Positions 30,080 to 40,657 of a stretch of DNA of 64,000 nucleotides are shown piece after piece; position 1 is the first letter of the stretch; each line of letters opens with the position of its first letter. Where the stretch lies: positions 448,001 to 512,000 of the forward strand of contig CAVYKI010000006.1 of assembly GCA_963769025.1 (NCBI GenBank), in the 5' to 3' direction. This DNA is from an uncultured Verrucomicrobiae bacterium. Lineage in GTDB: Bacteria; Verrucomicrobiota; Verrucomicrobiia; Chthoniobacterales; Chthoniobacteraceae. The translations under genes were made by a program, and so were the position numbers. The notes under the pieces are model-generated. The model had not been told where the DNA came from and made no database searches. It was given only the letters and a program-made list of their open reading frames with translations.

Positions 30080-31021
30080 TTACTTGCTCAGGTTTTTGTA
30101 AAAGAGAATCCCGCGCTCCCGGAGATTGCGGATCAGCGCCTTCAGGTTGTCGGCTGTCTCCTTGTCGCCGAGCAGCATGCCGAGCGCGCCGCTGCCTTGA
30201 TTCGCCTTGTTCACGAGCAGTCGCGTCGCTTCAAACGTCTTGCCGACGGTGCTCGCTGCATTCCGAATTTCCGCGAGCGTGATTTTGAGATCGCCGGCAG
30301 CGGCGTCGATTTTCTTCACCACGCCGTCCAGCCTTTCGATGGGCGCCTTGGCGGCGGCCGCGTCTTGCTTAACGATTTCCACGGCTTCCTTTGCCTTCAC
30401 GATCACTTCATCGAGCCCTTTCATCGAGTTTTTGAAACTCGTCGTGATCTCGCTGAGCGATGCAAAAGTGTCGTCGATCGCCTTCAGGTTCTTGTCGGCG
30501 AGGACCCGCTCGCGGATGTCCTTGATTGGATCCTCCAGTTCCTTGAGGCGCTTCTTGAGTTCGTCCATCACATCGCCGCCTTTCTCGGTGAGTTCGCCGA
30601 GGCCCTGCAGCCGCGTTCCTTTGACGGAGTCACCGTGCTTGAGGATGTCGTTCATGTCCGGGTTCGCCGGCGGATTGATGCTCACAAATGCATCACCAAG
30701 GAATCCCGACGAACTGATGAGAAACGACGAACCGCGCGGAACCTTCACGCCGTCCTTGAGCTTGAGCATGACCTGCACGGCGTAGCGCCCCTCGATGAGT
30801 TCGGGGGCATCCGCGGTGAACCCGACGCGCGCGCCTGCGAGATAGACGTCCGCGCCCTTGAGCAGCCCGCTCGCGTTCGGAAACTCTGCCGCGATGGTGT
30901 AGTACTTCTTCAAGCCCTGGCTGAGCTTGCCGAATTTCACGGCCATGAACGAGATCACAGCCAGCCCGATGAGCATGAAAATGCCCACCTTCCATTCGAT
31001 GCCTCGTGAGTCGTTGGTCAT
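30080..31021 (-). CDS. mlaD: MCE/MlaD family protein
   Basis: KVGIF TM; FPNASGLLKGADVYLAGARVG; SSGFLGDAFVSI; coiled-coil C-terminus. Confidence 0.88.
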   Translation of the reverse strand: MTNDSRGIEWKVGIFMLIGLAVISFMAVKFGKLSQGLKKYYTIAAEFPNASGLLKGADVYLAGARVGFTADAPELIEGRYAVQVMLKLKDGVKVPRGSSFLISSSGFLGDAFVSINPPANPDMNDILKHGDSVKGTRLQGLGELTEKGGDVMDELKKRLKELEDPIKDIRERVLADKNLKAIDDTFASLSEITTSFKNSMKGLDEVIVKAKEAVEIVKQDAAAAKAPIERLDGVVKKIDAAAGDLKITLAEIRNAASTVGKTFEATRLLVNKANQGSGALGMLLGDKETADNLKALIRNLRERGILFYKNLSK

Positions 31022-31026
31022 TAAAT

Positions 31027-31765
31027 TCAGTCGGATTCACCGCTGCGGCCCACGATGAAATCGACGATCACCGGATCCGAGGATGCCTTGAGTTCCTCGA
31101 CCGAGCCGTCGAAGTGAACGCGGCCTTCGTGCAGGAGTGCGACGCGGTCTGCGCAGTGGAATGCCGTTTTCATGTCGTGAGTGACGACGATGGAAGTGAC
31201 GCCGAGTACTCGCTGCAAGCGCCGAATCATGTGGTTGATGCTGTCGCTGGTGATTGGATCCAGCCCGGTGGTCGGTTCGTCGTACAGGTACGCAGCGAGG
31301 GCGGCCGACGATCGTGCGCGCGAGGCCGACGCGCTTTCGCATGCCGCCGGAGAGATCCGCGGGCATCTTTCGCTGCTCGCCGCCGAGTTCCACCATGTCG
31401 AGCGCCTCCGCGATCCGGGCGTCAATTTCCTTCGGATCGCGCATCCCCAGTTCGCGCAGCGGAAATGCGAGGTTCCCCTCGACGCTCATCGAGTCGAATA
31501 GCGCGGCGCTTTGAAAGAGCATGCCGATTTTCCGCCGGACGGCGGTGAGCTTGCGTTCCGGCAGCCCGGTGATGTCTTCGCCATCGACGAGCACCTGGCC
31601 GGAGTCCGGCTTGAGCAGGCCGATGAGGTGCTTGAGCACGACGCTCTTTCCGCACCCGGAACGGCCGAGGACGACCAGCGTCTTTCCCTCCTCCATCGTG
31701 AGATCGACGTCATACAGCACGGCTTTCCCGTTGAAGCTCTTGCAGAGTTTTCGGACTTCGATCAT
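31027..31765 (-). CDS. mlaF: MlaF-type ABC ATPase (single-base frameshift near 31288)
   Basis: GRSGCGKS and LSGGMRKRVGLAR in one frame; LYDEPTTGLDP and VTHD in the next. Confidence 0.88.
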
Positions 31766-32544
31766 TAGCCGCCGGGGAAGATGATGTTGAGCGCGAAGGT
31801 GAGAATCAGGTTCATCCCGAGGATCGACAGCGAGGCGATGACGACGGCCCGCGTGGGGGCGCGCCCGACGCCCTCGGCGCCGTTCGACGTCTGAAGCCCC
31901 TCATGGCAGCTCACGCAGACGATGATGATGGCGAAGACGAACCCCTTGATGAGCGCGATCGCGATGTCGCTGCCGTGGGTGTAGAACGTCAGATTCCGCA
32001 AGTAGGGCGCCTCGGCCACTCCGAGCATCGGGACTGCGATGATGTAAGACGCGACGATGCCGAACGCACACGCCTCCGCGACCAGCAGCGGCATCGATAC
32101 CATCATCGCGATGGAGCGGGGGACGACGAGGTAGTCGATGGGATGGACGCCGAGCGAGCGCAGGGCGTCGATTTGCTCGGTGACCTTCATCGTGCCGATT
32201 TCCGCCGCGATGGCGGCACCCACGCGCCCCGAGACCATCAGTGCGCTGAGCGTTGGGCCCAGCTCGCGGAAAAGCGCGAGCGACGCGACGGAGCCGACGG
32301 CGGAGTCCATTCCGAACCGGTGAAACTGGAAGAAAATCTGCGCCGCGAAGACGGCGCCTGTGAAAGCCCCGGTGACCGCCACGACGACCTGCGAGCGAGA
32401 ACCGACCTCGATGATTTGCTGGAACACCAGCTTCCACCGGATCGGTGCGACGAACATCGCCTTGACCGTCTCCGCGGTGAGGATGCCGAGCTGGCCGAGA
32501 TACGTGATCGCCTGCAGTGTGCTGCGGCCGATGGCGGTAATCAT
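31765..32544 (-). CDS. mlaE: MlaE family ABC permease
   Basis: RELGPTL, GRVGAAIAAEIGTMKVTEQIDAL, GAEGVGRAPTRAVV. Confidence 0.93.
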   Translation of the reverse strand: MITAIGRSTLQAITYLGQLGILTAETVKAMFVAPIRWKLVFQQIIEVGSRSQVVVAVTGAFTGAVFAAQIFFQFHRFGMDSAVGSVASLALFRELGPTLSALMVSGRVGAAIAAEIGTMKVTEQIDALRSLGVHPIDYLVVPRSIAMMVSMPLLVAEACAFGIVASYIIAVPMLGVAEAPYLRNLTFYTHGSDIAIALIKGFVFAIIIVCVSCHEGLQTSNGAEGVGRAPTRAVVIASLSILGMNLILTFALNIIFPGG

Positions 32545-32629
32545 GCGTGCATGCGGTGAAACTTGCTCCTCTGCACGACCGGCCCGGCCACGGGGGTGAA
32601 GGCGAAACTCAGGCTGGCGATTCGCGCTG

Positions 32630-32902
32630 TCAGGCGGGTAGGTGAATCGGCTGGGTCCGCGTCTTCTTTGGGTTCAGCTCCGGGGGAATCGCCCCGACGA
32701 ATTTTGCATCCAGGCCGAGCTTCGCAAAAATCCCCTTGAGTTCCTGAACCGAGACCGTCGCGTGTTCGAATTCGAGGTAAATGATGTCGTGGTTGCTATC
32801 GACCTTGTAGTGAAGGCCGGAAATCGTCTCGAGTTCATGATCGAGTTCCAGGATCTTCTCCAGGCTGCGAATTCCGGCGGCGTAAACCTCAAGTTCAATC
32901 AT
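32630..32902 (-). CDS. Hypothetical protein (90 aa, small alpha/beta domain)
   Basis: Protein-like composition; co-oriented between dapF and mlaE. Confidence 0.7.
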   Translation of the reverse strand: MIELEVYAAGIRSLEKILELDHELETISGLHYKVDSNHDIIYLEFEHATVSVQELKGIFAKLGLDAKFVGAIPPELNPKKTRTQPIHLPA

Positions 32903-32974
32903 AGGGTGAGGGGCGTAAAGTTGGCCGGAGGTTAGGCTGCCGCCTGCGGAGTGGCAAAGGGAATTCGCTCCGCG

Positions 32975-33796
32975 TCAAAGGGCGGCGTCGCCCTCGAAGA
33001 CGAAATCCGCCGGGCCGGTCAGGGTGACATTCTTCCATCCGTCGCCCGCGGGATCGAAGCCGACCTGCAGCGTGTCGCCTCCCCGAACCTGCACCCGCAC
33101 GGGCGAAGACGCGCCGGTCAGCCGGGCAAAAATGAGCGCAGCCGCCGTGACGCCCGTTCCGCACGCGAGCGTCTCATTCTCCACGCCGCGCTCGTAGGTG
33201 CGGATGGCGATGCCGCCGCCGGGTAGCTCGGCGATGAAATTCGCATTTGTGCCCTTCGGCGCGAAGTGCGTGTGGTAACGCAGCGCCGAGCCAAGCCGGA
33301 CGATGTCCGTCTTTTCCAATTCCTCGACGAAGACCACGGCGTGCGGGACGCCTGTGTTGAGAAAATGCACGGTGAGCATTTCATCCGCCACGAGCAGTTC
33401 GGTGCCGAGCGCGAGCGAATGCGGTGCGGACATCGCGAGCTGTACTTCGTCGCCGAGGAGTCGCGCGCCGATCACGCCGGCCTGCGTCTCGAAAGTGATC
33501 GCACCGCTCTTGTCCGCGATGCGGCTCGCAAACCGTGCGAAGCAGCGCGCGCCATTCCCGCACATGTCCGCTTCGCCGCCGTCGGCGTTGTAGTAGCGCA
33601 TCCGGAAATCCGCGCCGTTCTGCGCGGGCTCCACTGCGATGAGGCCGTCCGCGCCGATGCCGCGGTGGCGATCGCAAAGCCGTGCGATCGCGGCATTGTC
33701 GAGGCTCCGGCTGAGGTCGCGGTTGTCGAGCATCACGAAGTCATTTCCGGCTCCGTTCATCTTGGTGAAGTGCAGTGTTGGCATCTGATTCGACAT
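32975..33796 (-). CDS. dapF: Diaminopimelate epimerase
   Basis: FTKMNGAGNDF, GIGADG, MCGNGARC, TGVPH, YERGVENETLACGTG. Confidence 0.97.
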   Translation of the reverse strand: MSNQMPTLHFTKMNGAGNDFVMLDNRDLSRSLDNAAIARLCDRHRGIGADGLIAVEPAQNGADFRMRYYNADGGEADMCGNGARCFARFASRIADKSGAITFETQAGVIGARLLGDEVQLAMSAPHSLALGTELLVADEMLTVHFLNTGVPHAVVFVEELEKTDIVRLGSALRYHTHFAPKGTNANFIAELPGGGIAIRTYERGVENETLACGTGVTAAALIFARLTGASSPVRVQVRGGDTLQVGFDPAGDGWKNVTLTGPADFVFEGDAAL

Positions 33797-33815
33797 ACGC
33801 GAAGCACGCCGGTTG

Positions 33816-36431
33816 TCAAAGCGGAGCCCTTCGCCAGGTCCGGCGCCGGAGGAAAATATCCACGGGCAGCAGCGCGAGCGCGGCGATGAGGAACCAATTC
33901 GTCAAGTCGCGCCGCCGCTGCGCAGGGCGTTCCGGTCGCGCGAAGACGTCCCCGGGTTTCGGATCGTATTTTCCATTCCCGGCGATCGCGATCTCGCGGA
34001 GCAGCGCCTCGTTCGTCCCGGTGGCGAGGAATTCCGGCGGATAGCTCCGCGCATGCGCGAATGTCAGGCCACCATCGGGCAGATCGCGCGAGGAAACGTT
34101 GATGACCGTGATTCCTTCGGCCGGCAGCGAAACCTTCGTGCGATAGCTGCCCGGGCTGTCCTGCGCGGCCGCGACGGTCTGTGTGGCATCGTCCGGCGTG
34201 CGTGCATGAATGGTGATCGGCAGCCGGTTGCGGAACGCGCCCTCGGGTGTCACTGCGTCCACGCGGATATCCAGCGTGTCGCCATTTTCGCGTCGGGTGA
34301 CTTCAAATGCCGCCGGCCCGCCTTTGCGCAGCAGGCCGCGCACGGTCTGCGTCCAAAACTTCGCGTAGCCGGGCCACGTCATCCATTCCGCCGCCCAGCG
34401 CGCCTTCGCATCGCTGGTAAAGGCGGCGGCCTGGCCGAGCCCGTAGCGCCACGTCGCGAGGAGCGGCTCGCCGCGTTCCGTCGCGAGCAGCACGTCCGCG
34501 GTCGGCTTCGGTTTCGCGGCATTGTAGCCGAGCAGCAGGGGCGATTGCGCCCAGTCGATGCCCGCGATCGCCGTCGATTTGCCGACCGGAACAGCCTGCG
34601 TCGGCTCCTCGACGATCGACGACTGCGCGACCTTCATCGTTTCCGTGGAAAAAATCTGGGGCAGAGTGGTCGCGTCATTCGTCAGGTAAAAACGTCCCTG
34701 CCCGCGCTCGGCGAGCTGGCGGAGAAATGGCACATCCTTGTCCTGCTCGCTGCCCAGGCCGACGACGGACGTCGTGATTTTTGCGGCGGTCATCGCACTC
34801 GCGAGATCGAGGGAATTCCCGCCGCTCGGAGTTCCATCGGGCTGCTCGCCGGCGACCTTTTCCTCCGCGTCGGCTGCATCCGAGAAAAGGATGACGTGCT
34901 TGATGCGCGCGTTCACCTCGCGCATCGCCTGGAACGCCTCGGCGAGCGAAGTGTAGATGTAGATGCCACCGCCGCCCGCTGTGATCGACAGGATGCGCTG
35001 CACGATGGGCTCCTTGGCCGCGTGGCGTTCGAGCGGCGCGATCACGTGGGCCCGCGTGTCCACGGCGAACACGCCGAAATAATCGCGCGGGCCGAGGACA
35101 CCGAGGGCCATCGCCGCGCCCTGATCGGCGAGCGCGATTTTCGTCTGACCACCAGCCTGCGCGCTCATCGATCCCGATCGGTCGAGCACGATGAGCAGGG
35201 CGACCGTGGGCAATTCCTCGCGGTCGTTGTGTTCCATGCGCACGGGCAGCATCTGCTCGATGGGCGTGCGGAAATACCCGCCGACGCCGAAGCTGTTCTC
35301 ACCACCGAGCAGGATGAAGCCGCCGCCGAAGTCCTGCACCCAGCGCCGGTACAGATCCATCTGGTCGCGCCCCAGCGACAGCGCGCTGATGTCGCTGAGC
35401 ATGAAGAGATCGAACTGCTGCAGGTCCTCCAGCGTGCGAGGGAGTCCCGACGGGCCGCGCAGTTCGACGGCGATGCGCGCGCCGCGCAACGCCTGTTCCA
35501 GCGGACGCGCTTTCTGTTCGTCGCTGTCCACGAGCAGGACGCGCGGCTGCCCGCGCAGGCTTGCGACCGCCGACGCGCGGTTGTTTTCAAGTGAGGTGTC
35601 TGCCGCGGGAACGATTTCGACATCGTATTGGACAAAATTTCCCTCGGGGTGCAGGCCGGTTTCACGGAATGTGTTGTCGCCCGGATTGAGAGCCATCTCC
35701 CGCTCGGCGAGCAGAAATTGGCTTTGATACACGCGCACCTTCGCGGTTGTGGCGATGGTGCTGCGGAGGTTTGCCGTGAGGTCGAAGGACTCGCCTTCCT
35801 TCAGCCGTGCCGGGATCTCGACGCGCTCGACCAGCACCTCGGGCCGCGCCGGGTTGCGCAGAGGAACCGTCCACACTTCGACGCCCGAACGGGCGAGCCG
35901 CGTCGCCGTTTCCAGCGCATGGCCAGAGGTGTCATTTCCATCGGAGATGAGCACCACGCGGCGTGACTGGTCGGCGGGGAACAGGGCACTCGAAAAATCA
36001 AGCGCATGTCCGATGTCGGTTGCCTTCGCATCTCCGACTGCCGGCCATTTACCGAGCGCCGCACCTTCTTTCGGCGCCTCCCAGACGTGCGTCCGCCGTC
36101 CGAACCCGGTGATGCCTGCCGTGTCGCCGCGCCGCTGGGACTTGAGCGCGCTTGCGGCAAATTCACGCGCCGCGAGCGCCGCCTCGGGCGAGATGCTGGC
36201 TGAGGCATCCACCGCAAAGATGACGCTGAGCTCCGACGAAGGCAGCAGCACGCGGAGACCCGCGAGCGCGAGCGCGATGAACGTCAGGAGAAGGCTGCGG
36301 ACAATCATGCAGGTGTTCCGTTGCGCACGGCCAAAGCCAGCGAGCGAACGGCGGAGCACGAGCGGCAACAGCACGAGCGCTGCAAGCAGGGCCAGGCACC
36401 ATGGGTTTGAAAATGCGATCCCGGCGCTCAT
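33816..36431 (-). CDS. vWA domain membrane protein with glutamine-amidotransferase-like domain
   Basis: Two MIDAS-like motifs (VDASAS, LDRSGSM), LISDGN, GGENSFGVGGY, WRYGLGQAAAFTSD. Confidence 0.88.
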   Translation of the reverse strand: MSAGIAFSNPWCLALLAALVLLPLVLRRSLAGFGRAQRNTCMIVRSLLLTFIALALAGLRVLLPSSELSVIFAVDASASISPEAALAAREFAASALKSQRRGDTAGITGFGRRTHVWEAPKEGAALGKWPAVGDAKATDIGHALDFSSALFPADQSRRVVLISDGNDTSGHALETATRLARSGVEVWTVPLRNPARPEVLVERVEIPARLKEGESFDLTANLRSTIATTAKVRVYQSQFLLAEREMALNPGDNTFRETGLHPEGNFVQYDVEIVPAADTSLENNRASAVASLRGQPRVLLVDSDEQKARPLEQALRGARIAVELRGPSGLPRTLEDLQQFDLFMLSDISALSLGRDQMDLYRRWVQDFGGGFILLGGENSFGVGGYFRTPIEQMLPVRMEHNDREELPTVALLIVLDRSGSMSAQAGGQTKIALADQGAAMALGVLGPRDYFGVFAVDTRAHVIAPLERHAAKEPIVQRILSITAGGGGIYIYTSLAEAFQAMREVNARIKHVILFSDAADAEEKVAGEQPDGTPSGGNSLDLASAMTAAKITTSVVGLGSEQDKDVPFLRQLAERGQGRFYLTNDATTLPQIFSTETMKVAQSSIVEEPTQAVPVGKSTAIAGIDWAQSPLLLGYNAAKPKPTADVLLATERGEPLLATWRYGLGQAAAFTSDAKARWAAEWMTWPGYAKFWTQTVRGLLRKGGPAAFEVTRRENGDTLDIRVDAVTPEGAFRNRLPITIHARTPDDATQTVAAAQDSPGSYRTKVSLPAEGITVINVSSRDLPDGGLTFAHARSYPPEFLATGTNEALLREIAIAGNGKYDPKPGDVFARPERPAQRRRDLTNWFLIAALALLPVDIFLRRRTWRRAPL

Positions 36432-38290
36432 TCCGTTTTCCTCCGGTGAAAGAGCCACCATTCCCCAGTGATGAGCACGAATGCCGCAAGGGCCAGCCAT
36501 TGCCAGATCGGGAATCCGCGAAACCCCGCCGAGGCAACCGGCAGGGGCGCGGGCTCGCTGCCGGGCGCGTCAGGCGTGCGAAGATCCGACTCCGCGTCAC
36601 TGAAGGTATTCACTGGCAGCCAGCGTGTGGCTCCGTCGTCATCAAGGCGGTAGAAGCCATTTTGCAGCGGCTGGAAAAAGCCTGTGATGCGCGCCGGTTG
36701 CAACGGTTCACGTGGTCCGGGCGCAGTTCTGAGTGAGGCCGCCGCGACATTTTGACCTGGCGGCAGTGACAGCGTTTCGCCGGCGGCAAGCGTGGGAGTC
36801 TGCTCAGCGCGCGTGCCGGAGAGCCACTGCAGCGTGCTGTGAATCAGCAGGGGGAACGCGACGCGCAGCGGGAGGTCCGAGTCGAGGACTCCGAATGCCA
36901 GCGCCGCGACGCGCTGGCGTCCGCGTTCACCAACGATGAGGAGCGGATGCTCTCCGGAACGCAGCGGTGCGGTGAAATTCCAGCCGTCGTGCGCCGCGGG
37001 CAGCACGAGCGGATGCGCCCTGAGAATCGTGGTGTTCTGCAGGTTTACGAGCCGCGTGGTGGGATGCGACGCGTCCACATCGGTGACGACCGGCTGATCG
37101 AGCGGCGCTCCGGTGGCGGCGAATGGCGTTGCCTTGAGGAAAAGAAAATTCCCGGTCGCGCTTTTGAGGTCGAACTCCGCAGGAACGATTCCGTCGAAAA
37201 TGACGGCCTCGAATTTTCCGCTCATCGCCGGCTGATACACCTCGGGTCCGACGAACTGAAATTTCAGCGAGGTGTCTACGCCGAGCAATTTTTCGAGAAA
37301 GGGGCTTCCTTTCGAGACGAGGAGCACACGATTCGCGCGGGTGGAAGGGAGGACGGCGTAGGCGATGTTGTCCGGTGGGAGCGCGTCGTTCGCGGACAAT
37401 CGCGCGGTGAGCCAGCCGCGCGCGCTCAGTGTGGGGCGGGGGACGGAGGTGAAGATGTCGAGCCGCCGTTCGCCCGGCGCCAGCGAAAGCGGCTTCACTT
37501 CGAGGGGGCGTCCGTCGAATGCGATCTCCACCTCGGTGCGCGCTGGCGCGTGTCCGAAGTTTTGCGTCTCGAGGAGAACTTCGCTCGTCTCGGGATTCGA
37601 CGGCAGCGGCCGTGTCGCGAAGCGTGTGATCGCGACGTTATCCTGCGGCGAGCCGAGCGCATGAGTCACGAACTCAGACGCCGGCCTGGCCTGCGCGCGC
37701 GTCGAAGCGCTGGTGAGCAGCACGATCCGGTGGTGCCCGCTTCGTGCAGCCAGCAGCGCGTCGGCGAGTGCGATGGCTCCGTCGACGCCGCCCGTTGCAT
37801 CGGTGGGTGCGATCTGTCCGAGCGCCTGCAGGAGAATCTTTTCATCGCCGGTGAATGGAACGGCGACCGACGGGTTTGCGGCAAGGGTCAGCAGGGCGAA
37901 TTCCCTGCCGCCGCCTGCCTGCCGCACGTAGTCGCGCGCCAGGTCCAGTGCCATTTCGAAACGCGTGCGCCCGCCAGGTTCGACCGCTTGCATGCGAGCC
38001 CTCGTGTCCAGGATCAGCACCGTGGCCGAGCCGTCGCGGATGAAGCGATCCCAGACCGGACGGGCGAGCGCGCCGAGCAGCAGGAGAAAAATGAGGAGGT
38101 GCAGCAGGAGCGAGAGGAGATTTCGGAGTCGCTGGAAGAACGCGCGGCGCCCGCCTTCCTGCATCACACGCTGCCAGAACATGAGCGTGGAGACGGTCTG
38201 CGGCTGCCGCTTCAGCCGAAGCAGGTACAGCAGCACGATGGCCGGAATCCCGGCGAGAAACCACGCGGCCCATGGTTGCAGCCACGTCAT
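36428..38290 (-). CDS. BatA/vWA domain-containing protein
   Basis: MTWLQPWAAWFLAGIPAIVLLYLLRL..STLMFW; ALARP; DNVAITRF; C-terminal TM EWWLFHRR. Confidence 0.85.
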   Translation of the reverse strand: MTWLQPWAAWFLAGIPAIVLLYLLRLKRQPQTVSTLMFWQRVMQEGGRRAFFQRLRNLLSLLLHLLIFLLLLGALARPVWDRFIRDGSATVLILDTRARMQAVEPGGRTRFEMALDLARDYVRQAGGGREFALLTLAANPSVAVPFTGDEKILLQALGQIAPTDATGGVDGAIALADALLAARSGHHRIVLLTSASTRAQARPASEFVTHALGSPQDNVAITRFATRPLPSNPETSEVLLETQNFGHAPARTEVEIAFDGRPLEVKPLSLAPGERRLDIFTSVPRPTLSARGWLTARLSANDALPPDNIAYAVLPSTRANRVLLVSKGSPFLEKLLGVDTSLKFQFVGPEVYQPAMSGKFEAVIFDGIVPAEFDLKSATGNFLFLKATPFAATGAPLDQPVVTDVDASHPTTRLVNLQNTTILRAHPLVLPAAHDGWNFTAPLRSGEHPLLIVGERGRQRVAALAFGVLDSDLPLRVAFPLLIHSTLQWLSGTRAEQTPTLAAGETLSLPPGQNVAAASLRTAPGPREPLQPARITGFFQPLQNGFYRLDDDGATRWLPVNTFSDAESDLRTPDAPGSEPAPLPVASAGFRGFPIWQWLALAAFVLITGEWWLFHRRKTE

Positions 38291-39195
38291 CGCACCATCA
38301 CTCCATCACGCAGCGCGCGGAGGACGACATCCTCGAACGCGGCATCAGTTGTCACTCGCGCAAACGCGATTCCGCGCCGGAGGCAGAAGGACTCCAGCGT
38401 ATTGTTGAACGCGGTAATCTCCTCGACGTAGCGCGTCAGCAGCTTTTCGTTCACGGTCACTTCCATGATCTGTCCGGTTTCGATTTCCAGCAGCCGCAGA
38501 TCGCCGGTTGCTGCAGGCGCGATTTCTTCCGGCGCGAGAATCTGGAGGGCGTGGATTTCAAACTGGCTGTGCTGGAGAAGGCCGAGCGGCTCCTCGTATC
38601 CGTGCGGATCGAAAAAATCGCTGAGGACAAAGACGAGGCCGCGCCGCCGCGCACGCTGGCTGAGCGCCTGCGCCGCGGCGAGCAGCCGGGTGGGGCCGTC
38701 AGGTTCCGGAGCGGTCCCGAGAAATTTCAGGATCGAGTGGAACTGCGCCTTCCCCCGTGCCACGCCGAGCTCCGCGACCGGATTCGCCGCGAAGAAGTGG
38801 ATGTTTACGCGGTCGAGATTTGCGAGCGCGATGTAGGCGAGTGCGGCACAGATCCGCCGTGACTGATCCAATTTATCAAACGCGCCGGGCGCGCCCTCGG
38901 GCACCCAGCGCATGCTCGCGCTGCAATCCACGAGGAACGTCACCGGCAGGTCGCGCTCCTGCTCGTAGAGCTTCACGAAAAGCCGATCGAGCCTGCCGTA
39001 GGCGTTCCAGTCGATGCTCCGCGGTTCGTCGCCGGGCGTGTATTCGCGGTAGTCGGCAAATTCGAGGCTCGATCCGACCTGCCGAGTGCGCCGTTCCGCT
39101 CGGTGTTCACCGCGGAACATCCGCTTTGCGAGCAGATGGAGCTGCTCCAGTTTCGCCAGAAAGGCGGAGTCGAACAGCGGGGCTCGCGTGCTCAC
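38287..39195 (-). CDS. DUF58 domain-containing protein
   Basis: GSSLEFADYREYTPGDEPRSIDWN, VDCSASM, VLSDFF. Confidence 0.92.
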   Translation of the reverse strand: MSTRAPLFDSAFLAKLEQLHLLAKRMFRGEHRAERRTRQVGSSLEFADYREYTPGDEPRSIDWNAYGRLDRLFVKLYEQERDLPVTFLVDCSASMRWVPEGAPGAFDKLDQSRRICAALAYIALANLDRVNIHFFAANPVAELGVARGKAQFHSILKFLGTAPEPDGPTRLLAAAQALSQRARRRGLVFVLSDFFDPHGYEEPLGLLQHSQFEIHALQILAPEEIAPAATGDLRLLEIETGQIMEVTVNEKLLTRYVEEITAFNNTLESFCLRRGIAFARVTTDAAFEDVVLRALRDGVMVR

Positions 39196-39208
39196 CGGCG
39201 GGAGTCGC

Positions 39209-39688
39209 TCAGCCGGGAATCTCGACGCTGGCGACGGCCGTCGCGGCGATCCCTTCGCCGCGCCCGAGGAAGCCCATGCGCTCGTTGGTCGTCGCCTTCA
39301 CGCCGACGCGGGCCGGCTCGATGCCAATGACCCGCGCGAGGTTCGCTTTCATCGCCGTGATGTGCGCACTGATCTTCGGCGCCTCGGCGATGAGGCACGA
39401 GTCCACGTTGTTGATGCGCCCGCCCGCCGCAGTCACAAGGTCCGCGGCCTTGCGGACGATTTCGAGCGAACTGATGCCGCGGATCGTCGGATCGTTGTTC
39501 GGAAAATGGTGCCCGATGTCGCGTTCACCGATCGCGCCGAGGATCGCATCGGCAATCGCGTGGCAGAGCACGTCGGCATCGCTGTGGCCGTCGAGCCCGT
39601 GCGTGTGCGGGATTTCGACGCCGCCGAGGATCAGCTTCCGCCCCTCGGCGAAGCGGTGGACGTCGTAACCGGTTCCTACGAGATTCAT
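39209..39688 (-). CDS. ispF: 2-C-methyl-D-erythritol 2,4-cyclodiphosphate synthase
   Basis: GTGYDVHRF, GHSDADVLCHA, DIGHHF, KATTNERMGF.GRGEGIA. Confidence 0.97.
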   Translation of the reverse strand: MNLVGTGYDVHRFAEGRKLILGGVEIPHTHGLDGHSDADVLCHAIADAILGAIGERDIGHHFPNNDPTIRGISSLEIVRKAADLVTAAGGRINNVDSCLIAEAPKISAHITAMKANLARVIGIEPARVGVKATTNERMGFLGRGEGIAATAVASVEIPG

Positions 39689-40446
39689 TCGTTTGGAAGC
39701 AGTTGGATTTTCCCGTTCCACGCGCGGACCGAAAGCTTGTCGGGATTCTCAGTGCGCGGCGTGACCTCGATTTTGCCCCCCGCGTTTTCCACGAGCAGGT
39801 GTCCCGCTGCGATGTCCCAGAGGCTCACGCTCTGCTCGATGTATGCGTCGAGCCGGCCTGTCGCGACGTAGGCGAGGTCGAGCGCGGCGCTGCCCATCAT
39901 CCGGCACTTGCGGACGCGCTCCACGTATTTCGGCAGAAGCTGGAGGCCGGCATTGATCGTGGCCTTGGATTTTGCGAAGCCGACGCTCATCACGCAGTCC
40001 GCGAGCTCCGTGCGTTCGCTCACGCAGATGGTGCGACCGTTGAGCATGGAGGGGCCGCCTTTCACCGTCTCCCACAATTCGTCCCGCGACGGATCGTATA
40101 TGACACCGAGCTGCATTTCACCGCCGCGCCTCAGCGCGATGCTGATGCAGTAGTGGGGGAGGCCGTAGAAGTAATTCACCGTCCCGTCGATCGGATCCAC
40201 GATCCACTGCCAGTCGCTGGCTTGATTTCCGGCGATGCCTTCCTCGCCGTAAAGCGCATGGTCCGGGAAGCGACCGAGCAGGCGGCGAGTGATGACTTCC
40301 TGGGCCTCCACGTCGAGCGCGAGCTTGATGTCGTGCGCATGCGTTTCGTTCACCACGGGAGGGAGGCCAAAATGCTCCTTGAGGAGCACGCCGGCCTCGC
40401 GTGCGGCTTGGACGGCGGTTTCGAGGGCGCTGGAGAGTTCGGTCAT
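39685..40446 (-). CDS. suhB: Inositol monophosphatase family protein
   Basis: GEEG, WIVDPIDGTVNY, GSAALDLAYVA, WDIAAG. Confidence 0.88.
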   Translation of the reverse strand: MTELSSALETAVQAAREAGVLLKEHFGLPPVVNETHAHDIKLALDVEAQEVITRRLLGRFPDHALYGEEGIAGNQASDWQWIVDPIDGTVNYFYGLPHYCISIALRRGGEMQLGVIYDPSRDELWETVKGGPSMLNGRTICVSERTELADCVMSVGFAKSKATINAGLQLLPKYVERVRKCRMMGSAALDLAYVATGRLDAYIEQSVSLWDIAAGHLLVENAGGKIEVTPRTENPDKLSVRAWNGKIQLLPNE

Positions 40447-40524
40447 TCGGAAAGTGGGCACTATGGATGGTGGATGCCTCCGCGGCGGGCAAGCGCAACC
40501 TCGAACGAACGGCTGCATCCGGGC

Positions 40525-40560
40525 AAAAAAATGAGAGGCGAACCGTAAGATTCGCCTCCC
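40525..40560 (-). terminator. Intrinsic terminator after the microprotein gene
   Basis: Minus strand GGGAGGCGAA-TCTTACGG-TTCGCCTCTC, then A and a T7 run. Confidence 0.8.
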
Positions 40561-40585
40561 ATTGTTTAGTTGAGCAGGGGTTAAC

Positions 40586-40657
40586 CTACTTTTTCTTCTT
40601 CGCTGCTGCTTTCTTCTTCGGTGCAGCTTTCTTCGCTGCTTTTTTCTTTGCGGCCAT
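40586..40657 (-). CDS. 23-aa Lys/Ala-rich histone-H1-like microprotein MAAKKKAAKKAAPKKKAAAKKKK
   Basis: ATG at 40657, TAG at 40586-40588, SD-like GGAAGGGGGTG 7 nt upstream, terminator 25 nt downstream; varied synonymous Lys and Ala codons. Confidence 0.75.
   Translation of the reverse strand: MAAKKKAAKKAAPKKKAAAKKKK

Noticed and set aside
31280..31295. Programmed frameshift in mlaF
   Set aside because: No slippery sequence; it looks like the other single-base insertion errors.
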